From Parachlamydiales bacterium (GTDB lineage: Bacteria > Chlamydiota > Chlamydiia > Chlamydiales > SM23-39): a stretch of DNA of 64,000 nt. Positions 9,240 through 18,803 of this stretch are shown here, piece by piece. Position numbers and translations under genes: made by a program. Numbering within the stretch: the stretch's first letter is position 1; the number at the start of each line of letters is the position of its first letter. The stretch is taken from contig JBNLAH010000002.1 of assembly GCA_050302075.1 (NCBI GenBank), positions 96,001 through 160,000 of the forward strand. The letters run 5' to 3'. The notes under the pieces are model-generated. The model searched no databases and had not been told where the DNA came from. It saw only the letters and a program-made list of their open reading frames with translations.

Positions 9240-10274
9240 ATGTCTAAATTCTCTATTGGTTGTTTTCTTATTGGTGTTAGCGGAAAGTTTACAAAAAACT
9301 CAGAAGCTCTTTTAGGAAGCGTCAGTGATGATCCTTATGATGTTAGAACTTTTATGAAAGTTGTGAGATCAGAGAATAAATTGAGTCATATTGGAACTGA
9401 ATTAACATCAACATCTGAGCATACTTTAGAGGAAAGAGGTTACTTTGCAAGATTAAATGAAACTACAAGAGGAATAAATGAATCTGGACTAGCCTTCACA
9501 AGTGCCATGGTATTTGAAGATAAAAACACAAAAAAAGCCAGCAATGCAACTAATTTTGCTGATGTCACTGAGTTTATTATGAAAAATTGTAAAAGTGTTG
9601 AAGATGCAATAAATGCTTTTTCAGAAAAAAAAGCAATTTTTCCAGCTTATTCAGTACTTTTAGCAGATAATTATGGAGGCTTAGCTCATATTGAAGTCGG
9701 AAGCTATGGCACAGCTGTTAACTATCATTACTCTAAAGGACAGTCCGGTATTGTTATGGCCGTAAATTGTTATCAGTCACCTGATTTTATTAAATACAAT
9801 ATGCCTGAATCACTGATAACAAATAAAAAAAACAATAATTCAAGTAGATTTGAAAGGGGAAGAATATTAGCAGAAAAATTTAAAGGTAATTTTAGTGTTG
9901 AAGTTTTAAAACAAATCTTATCTGACCATGAAAATAACTTACAAAACCCTTTAGATAATCCACTTTTAGATGGCTGGGGGTATTCAATTTGTAATCATGG
10001 TACTTTAAAAAAAGACAACTACCGATCTGAAAACCTCCCATGGGGAACTGTAAGCTCTGAAATATTGCAGCCTTCGAAAAAGCTATTTTGGTACGCCTAT
10101 GGCTGGCCTTGCGGCCAGAAACCAGAGTACAAAGATCAAATTTTTCAGCAAAATTCTTGGGGGAAGTTTATTCCATTTGGCTTTTTGGAAAAAGATCGTA
10201 TTAAAGAGACCATAGCTTTGACTACACCAGATGGAGAAATAACAAAAACAGGTTTAAAGATGATCTATGAGTGA
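9240..10274 (+). CDS. Ntn-hydrolase (peptidase C45/AAT-like)
   Basis: N-terminal GC nucleophile position, GINESGL, LLAD...HIE, SSRFER, ILSDH, ICNHG, TVSS. Confidence 0.65.
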   Translation: MSKFSIGCFLIGVSGKFTKNSEALLGSVSDDPYDVRTFMKVVRSENKLSHIGTELTSTSEHTLEERGYFARLNETTRGINESGLAFTSAMVFEDKNTKKASNATNFADVTEFIMKNCKSVEDAINAFSEKKAIFPAYSVLLADNYGGLAHIEVGSYGTAVNYHYSKGQSGIVMAVNCYQSPDFIKYNMPESLITNKKNNNSSRFERGRILAEKFKGNFSVEVLKQILSDHENNLQNPLDNPLLDGWGYSICNHGTLKKDNYRSENLPWGTVSSEILQPSKKLFWYAYGWPCGQKPEYKDQIFQQNSWGKFIPFGFLEKDRIKETIALTTPDGEITKTGLKMIYE

Positions 10275-11484
10275 TATAAAAAACACTGATATCCTGATCT
10301 CAGGTGCAGGTATTGCAGGTCCTGCCTTAGCTTACTGGCTTCGCTATTATGGTTTTAATCCGACTATAGTAGAGGTTTACCCAGAGCCTAGAAAAGGTGG
10401 CTATATGATTGATTTTTGGGGAGCTGGATATGATGCTGCTGAAAAAATGAAGATCATTAATTTTTTAAAAGAGATTAGTTATTCAGTCCAAGAACTTGTT
10501 TTTCTAGGCAATAATGGAGATAAGAAAGGAGCTATAGATATAAAGGGGTTAATAGAAACTATTGATGGTAGGATGCTTAGTTTTTTAAGAAGTGATTTCG
10601 CCAAAGTCCTCTATGATATTACTAAAGAGCATATGCACTACATTTTTGATGATACTATAACAGGCTTAGATATGTTAGATGACAAAGTTTTAGTAACGTT
10701 CAAAAATAGAAATATTCAGAAATTTGATTTGATAATTGGAGCTGATGGGATACATTCAAATATCAGGGCTAAATGTTTTGGAAAATCTGAGCTATTTGAA
10801 GATTATCTAGGTTATTACGTTTGTTCAGTTACCCTTGATAATTTCTTAAAAGAAGACTTTACTTCAAAATATACGATGTATTCGAGACCAAATAGGCAAG
10901 TGTCTATTTATAGTCTTCGAGAGAACAAAATATCTGCCTTTTTTATATTTAAAGGACAAGGTGCTATAAATGAAAAAAGTGCGGCCGTTCAAAAAGAAAT
11001 CATAAAATCAGTATTTAGCAAGGACAAATGGATTTGTAAACAGTTACTAGAAAGACTCGATAGTGCCAATGATTTTTACTTTGACTCAGTTAGCCAAGTT
11101 AAAATGGATAAGTGGTCAAAAGGAAGAGTTTGTCTCTTGGGTGATGCAGCTTTTTGTCCTTCTCTTCTTTCTGGGCAAGGAGCTTCTTTATCTATGGCCG
11201 GAGCATATACTTTAGCAGGAGAATTATACCGAGCTAATGGAGATTATACGGTTGCATTTGAAAGTTATGAAAAATTTTTCAAACCCTTTGTTGAAAAAAG
11301 ACAGAAGATAGCAAAGGAATTTGTGAAATCCTTTATTCCGTCTTCAATTTTAAAAATTTGGATTCGAAATCAATGTAGCAAATTTATTAACCTTCCTTTT
11401 TTCTCTAAGCTTTATTGGAAAAGGTTTTTAGTAGATGAAATTCATTTAAAAGATTATGAAAAAGATATTGGTAAACGTGGATAA
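10267..11484 (+). CDS. FAD-dependent monooxygenase/oxidoreductase (FAD_binding_3)
   Basis: ISGAGIAG, DLIIGADGIHS, LLGDAAFCPSLLSGQG. Confidence 0.92.
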   Translation: MSDIKNTDILISGAGIAGPALAYWLRYYGFNPTIVEVYPEPRKGGYMIDFWGAGYDAAEKMKIINFLKEISYSVQELVFLGNNGDKKGAIDIKGLIETIDGRMLSFLRSDFAKVLYDITKEHMHYIFDDTITGLDMLDDKVLVTFKNRNIQKFDLIIGADGIHSNIRAKCFGKSELFEDYLGYYVCSVTLDNFLKEDFTSKYTMYSRPNRQVSIYSLRENKISAFFIFKGQGAINEKSAAVQKEIIKSVFSKDKWICKQLLERLDSANDFYFDSVSQVKMDKWSKGRVCLLGDAAFCPSLLSGQGASLSMAGAYTLAGELYRANGDYTVAFESYEKFFKPFVEKRQKIAKEFVKSFIPSSILKIWIRNQCSKFINLPFFSKLYWKRFLVDEIHLKDYEKDIGKRG

Positions 11485-11488
11485 AGGT

Positions 11489-12001
11489 ATGAATCAAGAT
11501 AGCCAACCAGATTCTAAGCAAAAAGGAAAGTCGATTTTAGACTATTGGCCTTTGATTGCACTTTTACTTGTGAGCACTCTTGCTGCTTTTGCTTTGACTT
11601 TTGGAGTAAAAGGATCTTACAACAATTGGATGCACTACTTCATGGGCTTTTTTCTTTGCCAGTTCGCGCTTTTAAAGCTTTTTAGTCCAAAGTCTTTTGC
11701 TGACGGGTTTCAAATGTATGACATTTTGGCTAAAAAAAGTCGCATTTACGCTTACTTCTATCCATTAATTGAACTTTTATTAGGAGTTGCTTACTTCTCT
11801 TTTTTTGTTCCTATATTTACTAATATTGCCACAATTTTGATTATGAGCTTTGGTGCCGTTGGTGTTTTTAAAGCTCTTAAAAATGGTTTGGACATCTACT
11901 GTCCTTGTATGGGGTCTATTCTAGAAGTTCCTCTTTCTACAGTTACTTTGGTAGAAGACTTAGGCATGGCTATTATGGCCTTTATTATGTTGTTCACTTA
12001 G
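11489..12001 (+). CDS. MauE/DoxX-like membrane protein
   Basis: FMGFF, FADGFQMYDILA, YPLIELLLG, CPCMG, TLVED; several TM segments; start chosen at second Met. Confidence 0.75.
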   Translation: MNQDSQPDSKQKGKSILDYWPLIALLLVSTLAAFALTFGVKGSYNNWMHYFMGFFLCQFALLKLFSPKSFADGFQMYDILAKKSRIYAYFYPLIELLLGVAYFSFFVPIFTNIATILIMSFGAVGVFKALKNGLDIYCPCMGSILEVPLSTVTLVEDLGMAIMAFIMLFT

Positions 12002-12079
12002 AGTGCTAAAATTTAACCTGGTTATTTTAATTTACAATTTCTAATCGAATAGATTATCAGGAAGAAAAAGGGGGGGCGC

Positions 12080-12280
12080 ATGTCTATAGTTAAGGTTGTA
12101 GAAGTTATTTGTGAGGGGAAAAACGTTGAAGAAGCTTTAAGCTCTGGTGTTCAAGAAGCTTCAAAGACTATTAAAGATATTAAACAAATTGATGTTAAAT
12201 GGATCAGAGCAAATGTTGAAAATGGGAAAATATCTAGCTATAGGGTAAATGCTAAAATTAGTTTTGTTGTGCAACATTGA
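12080..12280 (+). CDS. Dodecin family flavin-binding protein
   Basis: 66 aa; SIVKVVEV ... EASKTI ... YRVNAKISF. Confidence 0.88.
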   Translation: MSIVKVVEVICEGKNVEEALSSGVQEASKTIKDIKQIDVKWIRANVENGKISSYRVNAKISFVVQH

Positions 12281-12379
12281 TTAAATTTTTAACTTTCGCG
12301 TTGATGTAAATGGGTAAATATTGCATTTTGGCTTAGCTTTTTATAAATGTAATAATCAATTTAAACTAAGGATAATTAA

Positions 12380-12832
12380 ATGAGAATAAACCCAAGTACA
12401 TTAAGTTCAGCAGCTCGTGAAGATCTTCTAGTGGAAAGCTTTAATAATGCAACTAGAAGACAAGGGGAAATCAGTTTTTTAAAAGAGGTGCGAACTGAAG
12501 AAAATGATGATTCTGGGAAATACTCAGTTAAACTAAATAGAGTAAGAAACATATTTAAATCTAGCGTTTGGTTTCAGCACAAGACTAAAAGCGGGCATCT
12601 AAAGTTCTCTCACAAGGTTACAGGTGTTATTATAGAATTTAAAAATCACAGTAGAGGTAATAATGTAGATCCCGGTGCAGTAGAAACTATAAAAGAAAAC
12701 TTGCAAGAACATGAAAATATTCTAGGAAACGAAATTTTTATGTATAAATCAAACAATTGGCAATCTTTGCCGGATTTAAGAAAAGTTTCAAGGGTCTGGA
12801 TATCTTTTTACAATAGCTCTATTAGGGCTTAG
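12380..12832 (+). CDS. Hypothetical protein with HicA-like mRNase motif
   Basis: KSGHLKFSHKVTG...FKNH...VDPGAVETI resembles HicA GSHxxFxH...PxH...GxxxxI. Confidence 0.5.
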   Translation: MRINPSTLSSAAREDLLVESFNNATRRQGEISFLKEVRTEENDDSGKYSVKLNRVRNIFKSSVWFQHKTKSGHLKFSHKVTGVIIEFKNHSRGNNVDPGAVETIKENLQEHENILGNEIFMYKSNNWQSLPDLRKVSRVWISFYNSSIRA

Positions 12833-12847
12833 GGGCATTTTTTGTTA

Positions 12848-12873
12848 AAGAAGCCCTAGGTATAGGGCTTCTT
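12848..12873. terminator. Intrinsic terminator-like hairpin
   Basis: AAGAAGCCCTA-ggta-TAGGGCTTCTT, perfect 11-bp stem with AT-rich flanks. Confidence 0.75.
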
Positions 12874-13214
12874 ATTTTAAATTTTCTGCAAGCTCCTATT
12901 TGATTAGGTATGCCTTGATATCATAATGCAATGCAAAGTACATGTCTGAATTTTCTTCTTCTTTGATATCTGAAATTGTAAATATGAATATTTCCACTAC
13001 ACCAATGCTTTAGCGTACATTTAATTAAAGGAGTGGGGGGCGTCGTCATCGATATCAGATTCCATAAAATCAACAAGGTAGATCTTATTGCCACTTAGTC
13101 TAAAATTGTCAAAGATGGCTGCAGGTCAATCAGTTTTCTTTTAAGAGGAGGTTTTAACCCTAAGCTTGAAGCGCTAGGGGGCTGTTGCGTTATGCTGGAA
13201 GTAGAAGGGGCCAT
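12872..13214 (-). pseudogene. Probable degraded gene with effector-like N-terminus
   Basis: Minus strand reads MAPSTSSITQQPPSASSLGLKPPLKRKLIDLQPSLTILD*, then further protein-like fragments (VEIFIFTISDIKEEENSDMYFALHYDIKAYLIK*ELAENLK*). Confidence 0.35.
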
Positions 13215-13378
13215 TTTTTCATAAGTTTTTGATTATTCTAACTTAAAGCTTAAATCACCATTTAAATAAATTATTTAATTTAAGTGCAGAATTAAAATAA
13301 ATAGTTTACACAATGAAATTACTTTTCTACAGTCTTTTATTATGCTACAATATAGATATTGTTTTTTTTATTATAATT

Positions 13379-15049
13379 ATGTCTACAACTTTTTTTACAG
13401 CGAACTTACTGAGTTTAGAAAGGGCGCTTTTACCAGCAACAAATTATGTAAGAGAAAAAGATAAACTATATGAGAAAAAAGCTCCACTAATTGCAAGAAT
13501 ATCCAATATAGTTGCAAGCTCACTTACATCTTTAGTTTATTTTGCTCTGATGCCATTTACAGCAATATATTCTTATTTCTTTGAAAGAAAAAGAAATGTT
13601 GAAAAGTTTTCTGAGCATAAGCCCGTTGATGCTTATGGACTGCCTGATGATATTGGTTTTGCTGACTCACACTTTCAGACTATTGGCCTAGGAACTAGAG
13701 CATGTCCTGTGAGTAATTTTAAAAAGGGCTCTAATTGGGACAAATGGCTGAATCCAAATCGAATAGAAGGTACTGGAGATGGTAAATATGAAAGCTTCTT
13801 TACTGATATTATAAGTAAAAAAGGAAGATCACAGTTTATTAAGTACTTAAAAGACATGAATGTAACTGCCTATAGATTTTCTTTAGAATGGTCAGTTATC
13901 CAGCCAAAGCCTAATAAATTTAATTTTGAAGCAATTAGACTTTATCAGGATTTTATTGATGAGTTAATAAAAAATGGAATCAAACCTTATGTCACTTTGC
14001 ATCATTTTGTCCATACTCAATGGTTTGAAGAGTTAGGAGGCTTTTCAAAGATAGAGAATGTAGAAGTCTTTGTAAACTATGCTAAGGAAGTAGTAAAGCG
14101 CTTTCCTAACGTGAAAAATTGGATGACATTCAATGAGCCTGGTATTTTTGCTTTTCAAAGCTACATAAGAGGTGTTTACCCTCCTGGAATTGTAGGAAAT
14201 ATTCCATTAGCTGGAAAAGTTGCTCGCAATTTAATGATAGCACATACCGAATTGTACAAAATTCTTAAAAAGTATAATCCTAATTTAGAAATTGGAATTA
14301 CACATCAATGGCTTAAATTTGAGCCACTAGGTGGCAATTTTATAGAAAGGATAGCTTGCTATTTCCTTTCCAAAATAACTCATTACGCTGTTTACAATTT
14401 CTTCAAAAATGGGGTTTTTTCTTTTCAAATTCCTTTCCTTGCGAATATTAAATATTCGATCCCTAAAAAGGAATTTAAGAAAAATAATGGATATATGGAT
14501 TGGATTGGAGTTCAATTTTATGGTTTTCCAAAGCTTAAAGTTGGTTTTAACAAGGGAATGAAATACCCGGGGAATAAAGTCTCAAATTTAGTTTGGAAGG
14601 GCTTGGGAATATCTGCTGGAACAACATGCAATCCTGACAATCATATGATGAGTTTTGGCCCTAGTTATGATCCGAATTCACTTGTTAAGGCATTAAATGA
14701 AGCCAAAGCTTTAGGCCATCCAATTGTTGTATCTGAAATTGGTGCTGATGCAAATGTATGGGGCAGTGGAGATAGTAATTTTAGCTTAGACAATAAGGCT
14801 CAAAGGGATTATTACGAGAAAGTTTTGACAATTTTAGAAGGTTTTAAACTTAAGGCTGTCTTTTTTTGGACGTGGGTTAGAGGTCACCTTGAATGGGATC
14901 TTGGAAGAACATCTAAGTTAGGTATTACAGACATTACAAGAAAAAATGGCGTAATGGATTCTTATAATCTATCTTCAGCTGCTAAGTTTTTACAAAATAC
15001 ATTTGCCACCATTTCTAATAAAAAGAACTCAAGTGGCGCTGTTGCCTGA
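13379..15049 (+). CDS. Glycoside hydrolase family 1 with N-terminal hydrophobic extension
   Basis: AYRFSLEWSVIQP, VTLHHF, WMTFNEP (acid/base), VSEIG (nucleophile), EWDLG; ORF open from 13313, likely start 13379. Confidence 0.9.
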   Translation: MSTTFFTANLLSLERALLPATNYVREKDKLYEKKAPLIARISNIVASSLTSLVYFALMPFTAIYSYFFERKRNVEKFSEHKPVDAYGLPDDIGFADSHFQTIGLGTRACPVSNFKKGSNWDKWLNPNRIEGTGDGKYESFFTDIISKKGRSQFIKYLKDMNVTAYRFSLEWSVIQPKPNKFNFEAIRLYQDFIDELIKNGIKPYVTLHHFVHTQWFEELGGFSKIENVEVFVNYAKEVVKRFPNVKNWMTFNEPGIFAFQSYIRGVYPPGIVGNIPLAGKVARNLMIAHTELYKILKKYNPNLEIGITHQWLKFEPLGGNFIERIACYFLSKITHYAVYNFFKNGVFSFQIPFLANIKYSIPKKEFKKNNGYMDWIGVQFYGFPKLKVGFNKGMKYPGNKVSNLVWKGLGISAGTTCNPDNHMMSFGPSYDPNSLVKALNEAKALGHPIVVSEIGADANVWGSGDSNFSLDNKAQRDYYEKVLTILEGFKLKAVFFWTWVRGHLEWDLGRTSKLGITDITRKNGVMDSYNLSSAAKFLQNTFATISNKKNSSGAVA

Positions 15050-15538
15050 TTCTATGTAGGTTCCTTTAATAGCCTCAATCCATTTTTCTTTTTGTTCATC
15101 AAATGAACTTAAGCTATCTGTACCGTACATAATGCATATGATTTCATCTTTATTAGTTATTATCTTGTATATCCCATAAGTTTGGGAGTTATCAGTAGTA
15201 ACTTTATGTTCTAAGCTAAGTGAAGATGGACTATCTTCTAAAATTGTGAATGTTATCTTGGAGTTTGGGTAGGTTTCTTTAAGACCATTAATTGCTATTC
15301 TTAAGTTATCGCGTTTTTGCTTTAGGATATTAGACTTAGGAGTCCATATGTTGATCCCAAAAAAATCAAGATTTTTGCTATTTTTAGGACAGTAAAGGCG
15401 CAAGTTGTTTCTTTTATCTTTAACCTCTTTATCTAGCTTCCAGTTTTTAAATGGGATTTGATATTTCAAGTTTTCAAATTCAGTTGCAAAGAGATTTAGA
15501 GAAAAGAAAAATAATATAGTAGCTATTAACTTATTCAT
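15029..15538 (-). CDS. Exported hypothetical protein
   Basis: Signal peptide MNKLIATILFFFSLNLFA; SD-like GGAGG upstream. Confidence 0.65.
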   Translation of the reverse strand: MNKLIATILFFFSLNLFATEFENLKYQIPFKNWKLDKEVKDKRNNLRLYCPKNSKNLDFFGINIWTPKSNILKQKRDNLRIAINGLKETYPNSKITFTILEDSPSSLSLEHKVTTDNSQTYGIYKIITNKDEIICIMYGTDSLSSFDEQKEKWIEAIKGTYIESGNSAT

Positions 15539-15762
15539 ATACCCTCCTAATAAGGGGAGTTATGTTATCAGAAATTAGTTTTATCGCAAAAAATATTCTA
15601 ATTTAAATAAAAAACTTTTCTTTTTATTTAATTTAATTATTGTTTATTATTCACCTTTGCGTATAGTTTTTAAAACCAATATTAGCTCTTAATTAAAGTC
15701 TCTACTGCTACCTAACGAGGAATGCTTTTATATATTAATTTTTTAACCTGGAATTTGTAAAA

Positions 15763-16932
15763 ATGTTAAAAAAAATGCCTGTTCTTTTGCTTTTAGCAAT
15801 TTCATTGATTGGGATTACTCATCAGCTGATTCCATATCAAGTAAAATCTTATTTGTATGCTATTAGCTTATTAATAAAGTCTGTGATTATCTTCGTACTT
15901 CCTTTTTTGATATTCGGATTATTGTTTAAGACGGCAATAAAGCTCGCTAAGAGATCTTCTAAGGCAATTTTAGTTATTTTGCTAGCTGTATGCTTATCTA
16001 ATTTAGCTTCTACATTGATAGCATGTTCCATTGGTGCGTTTGTTTATAACTTTGATATGGCATTGACATTCCCTGAGTCAGTCAAGAAGCTGAATCCTGC
16101 TTTTCTAATAGAACTTCCTAGCCTGATCTCAAATAGCTATGCAATGTTTTTAGGCTTGATATCTGGAGTAATACTTGGCAGGTTGAACTTTAAATGGTTA
16201 GAGCAGGTCACTAACAAAGTAGACATTGCAGTGAGTACTTTTTTTAAATTGATCTTACTATCAGTTCCAATGTTCATCATAGGATTTTCAATTCAGATGT
16301 TTCATGATCAAGTTATGTTAAATATCGTAAAAAGTTATTTTAAAATTTTTGCAATAATTTTCCTGTCGCTGATAGTCTATATTGGATTTTTTTACCTAGC
16401 TGTCTGCCGTTTTAACTTTAAACATTTTTTTAATAATTTAAAAGGAATGCTACCAGGCGTGCTTACTGGAATGGCAAGTATGTCTAGTGCAACAGCAATG
16501 CCATTTACAATAATTTCTGTAGAAAAAAACTCAGGAGAGTCTGATTTAGCAAAATCTATAGTTCCAGCAACAATAAATATTCATTTAATCGGTGATTGTT
16601 TTGCTATAACTATATTTGCATTTGCAATACTGAAGGGCTTTAATTTGCCCCTGCCAGATTTTTTAAGCTGCATTACTTTTGCAATATACTTTGTAATTGC
16701 GAAATTTTCGGTTGCAGCTGTTCCGGGTGGTGGAGTTTTAATAATGCTGCCAATTTTAGAGAAATACTTAGGTTTTAATGGGACTATGCTTTCTTTGATA
16801 ACAGCACTATATGTGTTATTTGATCCTTTGATTACCGGGGCAAATGTTTTTGGTAACGGTGCTTTTTCACTAGGACTTTGCAAATTCTTAAAAAAAAGCA
16901 CAAAGGAGCTTGCATCTGAAAGTACGCTATAG
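15763..16932 (+). CDS. Dicarboxylate/amino acid:cation symporter (DAACS/SDF)
   Basis: SMSSATAMP serine motif, NIHLIGD, AAVPGGG, DPLITGANVFGN. Confidence 0.9.
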   Translation: MLKKMPVLLLLAISLIGITHQLIPYQVKSYLYAISLLIKSVIIFVLPFLIFGLLFKTAIKLAKRSSKAILVILLAVCLSNLASTLIACSIGAFVYNFDMALTFPESVKKLNPAFLIELPSLISNSYAMFLGLISGVILGRLNFKWLEQVTNKVDIAVSTFFKLILLSVPMFIIGFSIQMFHDQVMLNIVKSYFKIFAIIFLSLIVYIGFFYLAVCRFNFKHFFNNLKGMLPGVLTGMASMSSATAMPFTIISVEKNSGESDLAKSIVPATINIHLIGDCFAITIFAFAILKGFNLPLPDFLSCITFAIYFVIAKFSVAAVPGGGVLIMLPILEKYLGFNGTMLSLITALYVLFDPLITGANVFGNGAFSLGLCKFLKKSTKELASESTL

Positions 16933-17700
16933 ATAAGCGTACTCAATTTTTTCATTTTTATTCGGGCCAATTGTGCGAATATGAAGGCGCAAGAAAAGTT
17001 CAGTTATTTCTAGCCATCCAAAGTAGGTGTCATTTTTACACAAGTGTGGGTTGATTGACTCTAGTATATTTTGTTTAGTAGGCATCAAATGAAATAAGAA
17101 GACCGGATTGTTTTCTCCAAACCTCAAATGTTCTAAAGTAATTAGATTCTCATATCTGTTTAAAGAAAAACGGTATTTATTATGGTAACTTAATTGATCT
17201 TCAGTCCATACACCTTTTTCTTCAAATGTCAGTTTATTAGACTCTTGAAGAACCTTCACAGACCCCTTTCCTTTTTTTGAAGCTGCTATGGAGTTATTTT
17301 TCTTTAATTGAAAATGTATGCTCATTTGACTTACGGTCGATAAGTGTTTCCAAACTTTGGTTAAAAGATTGTCAAAATACTTACTTTCTGATTTTTGACT
17401 TGAATGGACATAGTGATATTTTTTTTTCTCTTCCACAGGTAAGTTTGCATATGCTTTTCTCAAAAGGGCTTCTATCTCTTGAATCAGTTCACAGTTCGGA
17501 TTAAAACTATATACTCGTTTTTTTTTCTTTGACTCGCTCTTCAATATTCCGCCAACTTCAAGTCTATTTAAAGCATTTTGAATTGGAGTTAGGGGAAGGT
17601 CTAGTAAATATCTTAATTGGTGTGCATAACAATTTTCATTTACTAAAAGAAATAGTAAAACTCTTTCTATATTTTTGTTGCCAAATAAAGATTTAAGCAT
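16927..17700 (-). CDS. Winged-helix regulator fused to a DUF6314-like beta domain
   Basis: N-terminal LFGNKNIERVLLFL...LTPIQNALNRLE.GGIL wHTH; C-terminal GKGSV...FEEKG.W...HLCKNDTY. Confidence 0.7.
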   Translation of the reverse strand: MLKSLFGNKNIERVLLFLLVNENCYAHQLRYLLDLPLTPIQNALNRLEVGGILKSESKKKKRVYSFNPNCELIQEIEALLRKAYANLPVEEKKKYHYVHSSQKSESKYFDNLLTKVWKHLSTVSQMSIHFQLKKNNSIAASKKGKGSVKVLQESNKLTFEEKGVWTEDQLSYHNKYRFSLNRYENLITLEHLRFGENNPVFLFHLMPTKQNILESINPHLCKNDTYFGWLEITELFLRLHIRTIGPNKNEKIEYAYL

Positions 17701-17764
17701 AAAAAAATTACCTAATAACTAGTTCGATTTTATACGTTATTCTAACTCTTAGAAAAGGAGAGCG

Positions 17765-17779
17765 ACCTAAATTTTAGGT
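17765..17779. promoter_or_regulatory. Palindrome ACCTAAA-T-TTTAGGT, candidate operator
   Basis: Perfect 7-1-7 inverted repeat in the divergent intergenic region between the wHTH gene and bioY. Confidence 0.4.
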
Positions 17780-17862
17780 TATTTTTTTAATAATGTCTAA
17801 AAAAAAGCTAATATTTTTACTAAAGATCGGCTATATTTTTGTTATGTTTTTTTAAATTAGGT

Positions 17863-18387
17863 ATGAATATGGAAAAAACTTTACAGACAAATACGAAGGT
17901 TAATAATTACTTAGATTCATTTGCTAGGGTTTTTTTAGGAAGCTTATTAATTTTTTTAGCAGATATAAAAATTCCCTTCTATCCAATAAGTTTTACAGCG
18001 CATACACTGGCAATTTTTTTAATTGCTCTAACTCAAAGACCTAAAATTGCGCTTTTCTCTACTTTATTATATTTAGGATATGAGTCTTTAGGTTTTTCAT
18101 TGAGCTATGGGGAAAGCACTTTATGGTTTTTATCAAATAAAGCTGGATATCTTGTAGGGTTTCCAATTGCCGCATATGTAATTTCTATGCTATCTAGCAA
18201 AATTTCTGGATTTATGGCGGTAACAATAGGTCAAGCAATTATTTACATTTGTGGAGCTAGTTGGCTTGCAGTTTCAATTGGATTAGAAAATGCCTTATAT
18301 TATGGAATTTTGATTTTTATTCCATCAGCTATTGTTAAAAATTATTTGGCTCAATTTATCTCTAAATGGGCAAAAAAGCGAGTGTAA
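17863..18387 (+). CDS. bioY: Biotin transporter S-component BioY
   Basis: IPFYPISFTAHT, AGYLVGFPIAA, IIYICGASWL, FIPSAIVK. Confidence 0.85.
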   Translation: MNMEKTLQTNTKVNNYLDSFARVFLGSLLIFLADIKIPFYPISFTAHTLAIFLIALTQRPKIALFSTLLYLGYESLGFSLSYGESTLWFLSNKAGYLVGFPIAAYVISMLSSKISGFMAVTIGQAIIYICGASWLAVSIGLENALYYGILIFIPSAIVKNYLAQFISKWAKKRV

Positions 18388-18803
18388 TGAAAAATTTTAT
18401 CAATGAGTTTAAAGCCTTTATTAACAGAGGTAACGTTTTAGATATGGGAGTCGGTATTATTATCGGCTCTGCATTTACTAAAATTGTAAATACCTTGGTA
18501 ACAAACATCTTAATGCCTCCACTTGGAGTAATTATTGGTGGAGTAGATTTTAGTGATCTCAAAATTGTTATAAAAAAAGCAACGCAAAGCTCTGATGCTG
18601 TAACAGTCGATTACGGTTTGTTTGTTAACTCTTTAATTGATTTTATAATTATTGCCCTGAGTGTTTTTTTACTGATAAAAATTATCGCAAAACTACAGAG
18701 CAAAGAAGGTCAGTCGCCTAAAAATAAAGAATGTCCTTATTGTACTTTAATTATTTCAAGCAAGGCTAAAAAATGTCCCCATTGTACAGGAGACTTAAAC
18801 TAG
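18387..18803 (+). CDS. mscL: Large-conductance mechanosensitive channel with C-terminal zinc ribbon
   Basis: EFKAFINRGNVLDMGVGIIIGSAF, YGLF; CPYC...CPHC tail. Confidence 0.95.
   Translation: MKNFINEFKAFINRGNVLDMGVGIIIGSAFTKIVNTLVTNILMPPLGVIIGGVDFSDLKIVIKKATQSSDAVTVDYGLFVNSLIDFIIIALSVFLLIKIIAKLQSKEGQSPKNKECPYCTLIISSKAKKCPHCTGDLN

Noticed and set aside
15655..15730. Possible purine riboswitch upstream of the symporter (CGTATA...TCTCTAC)
   Set aside because: Could not form the P1-P3 stems or loop-loop motifs
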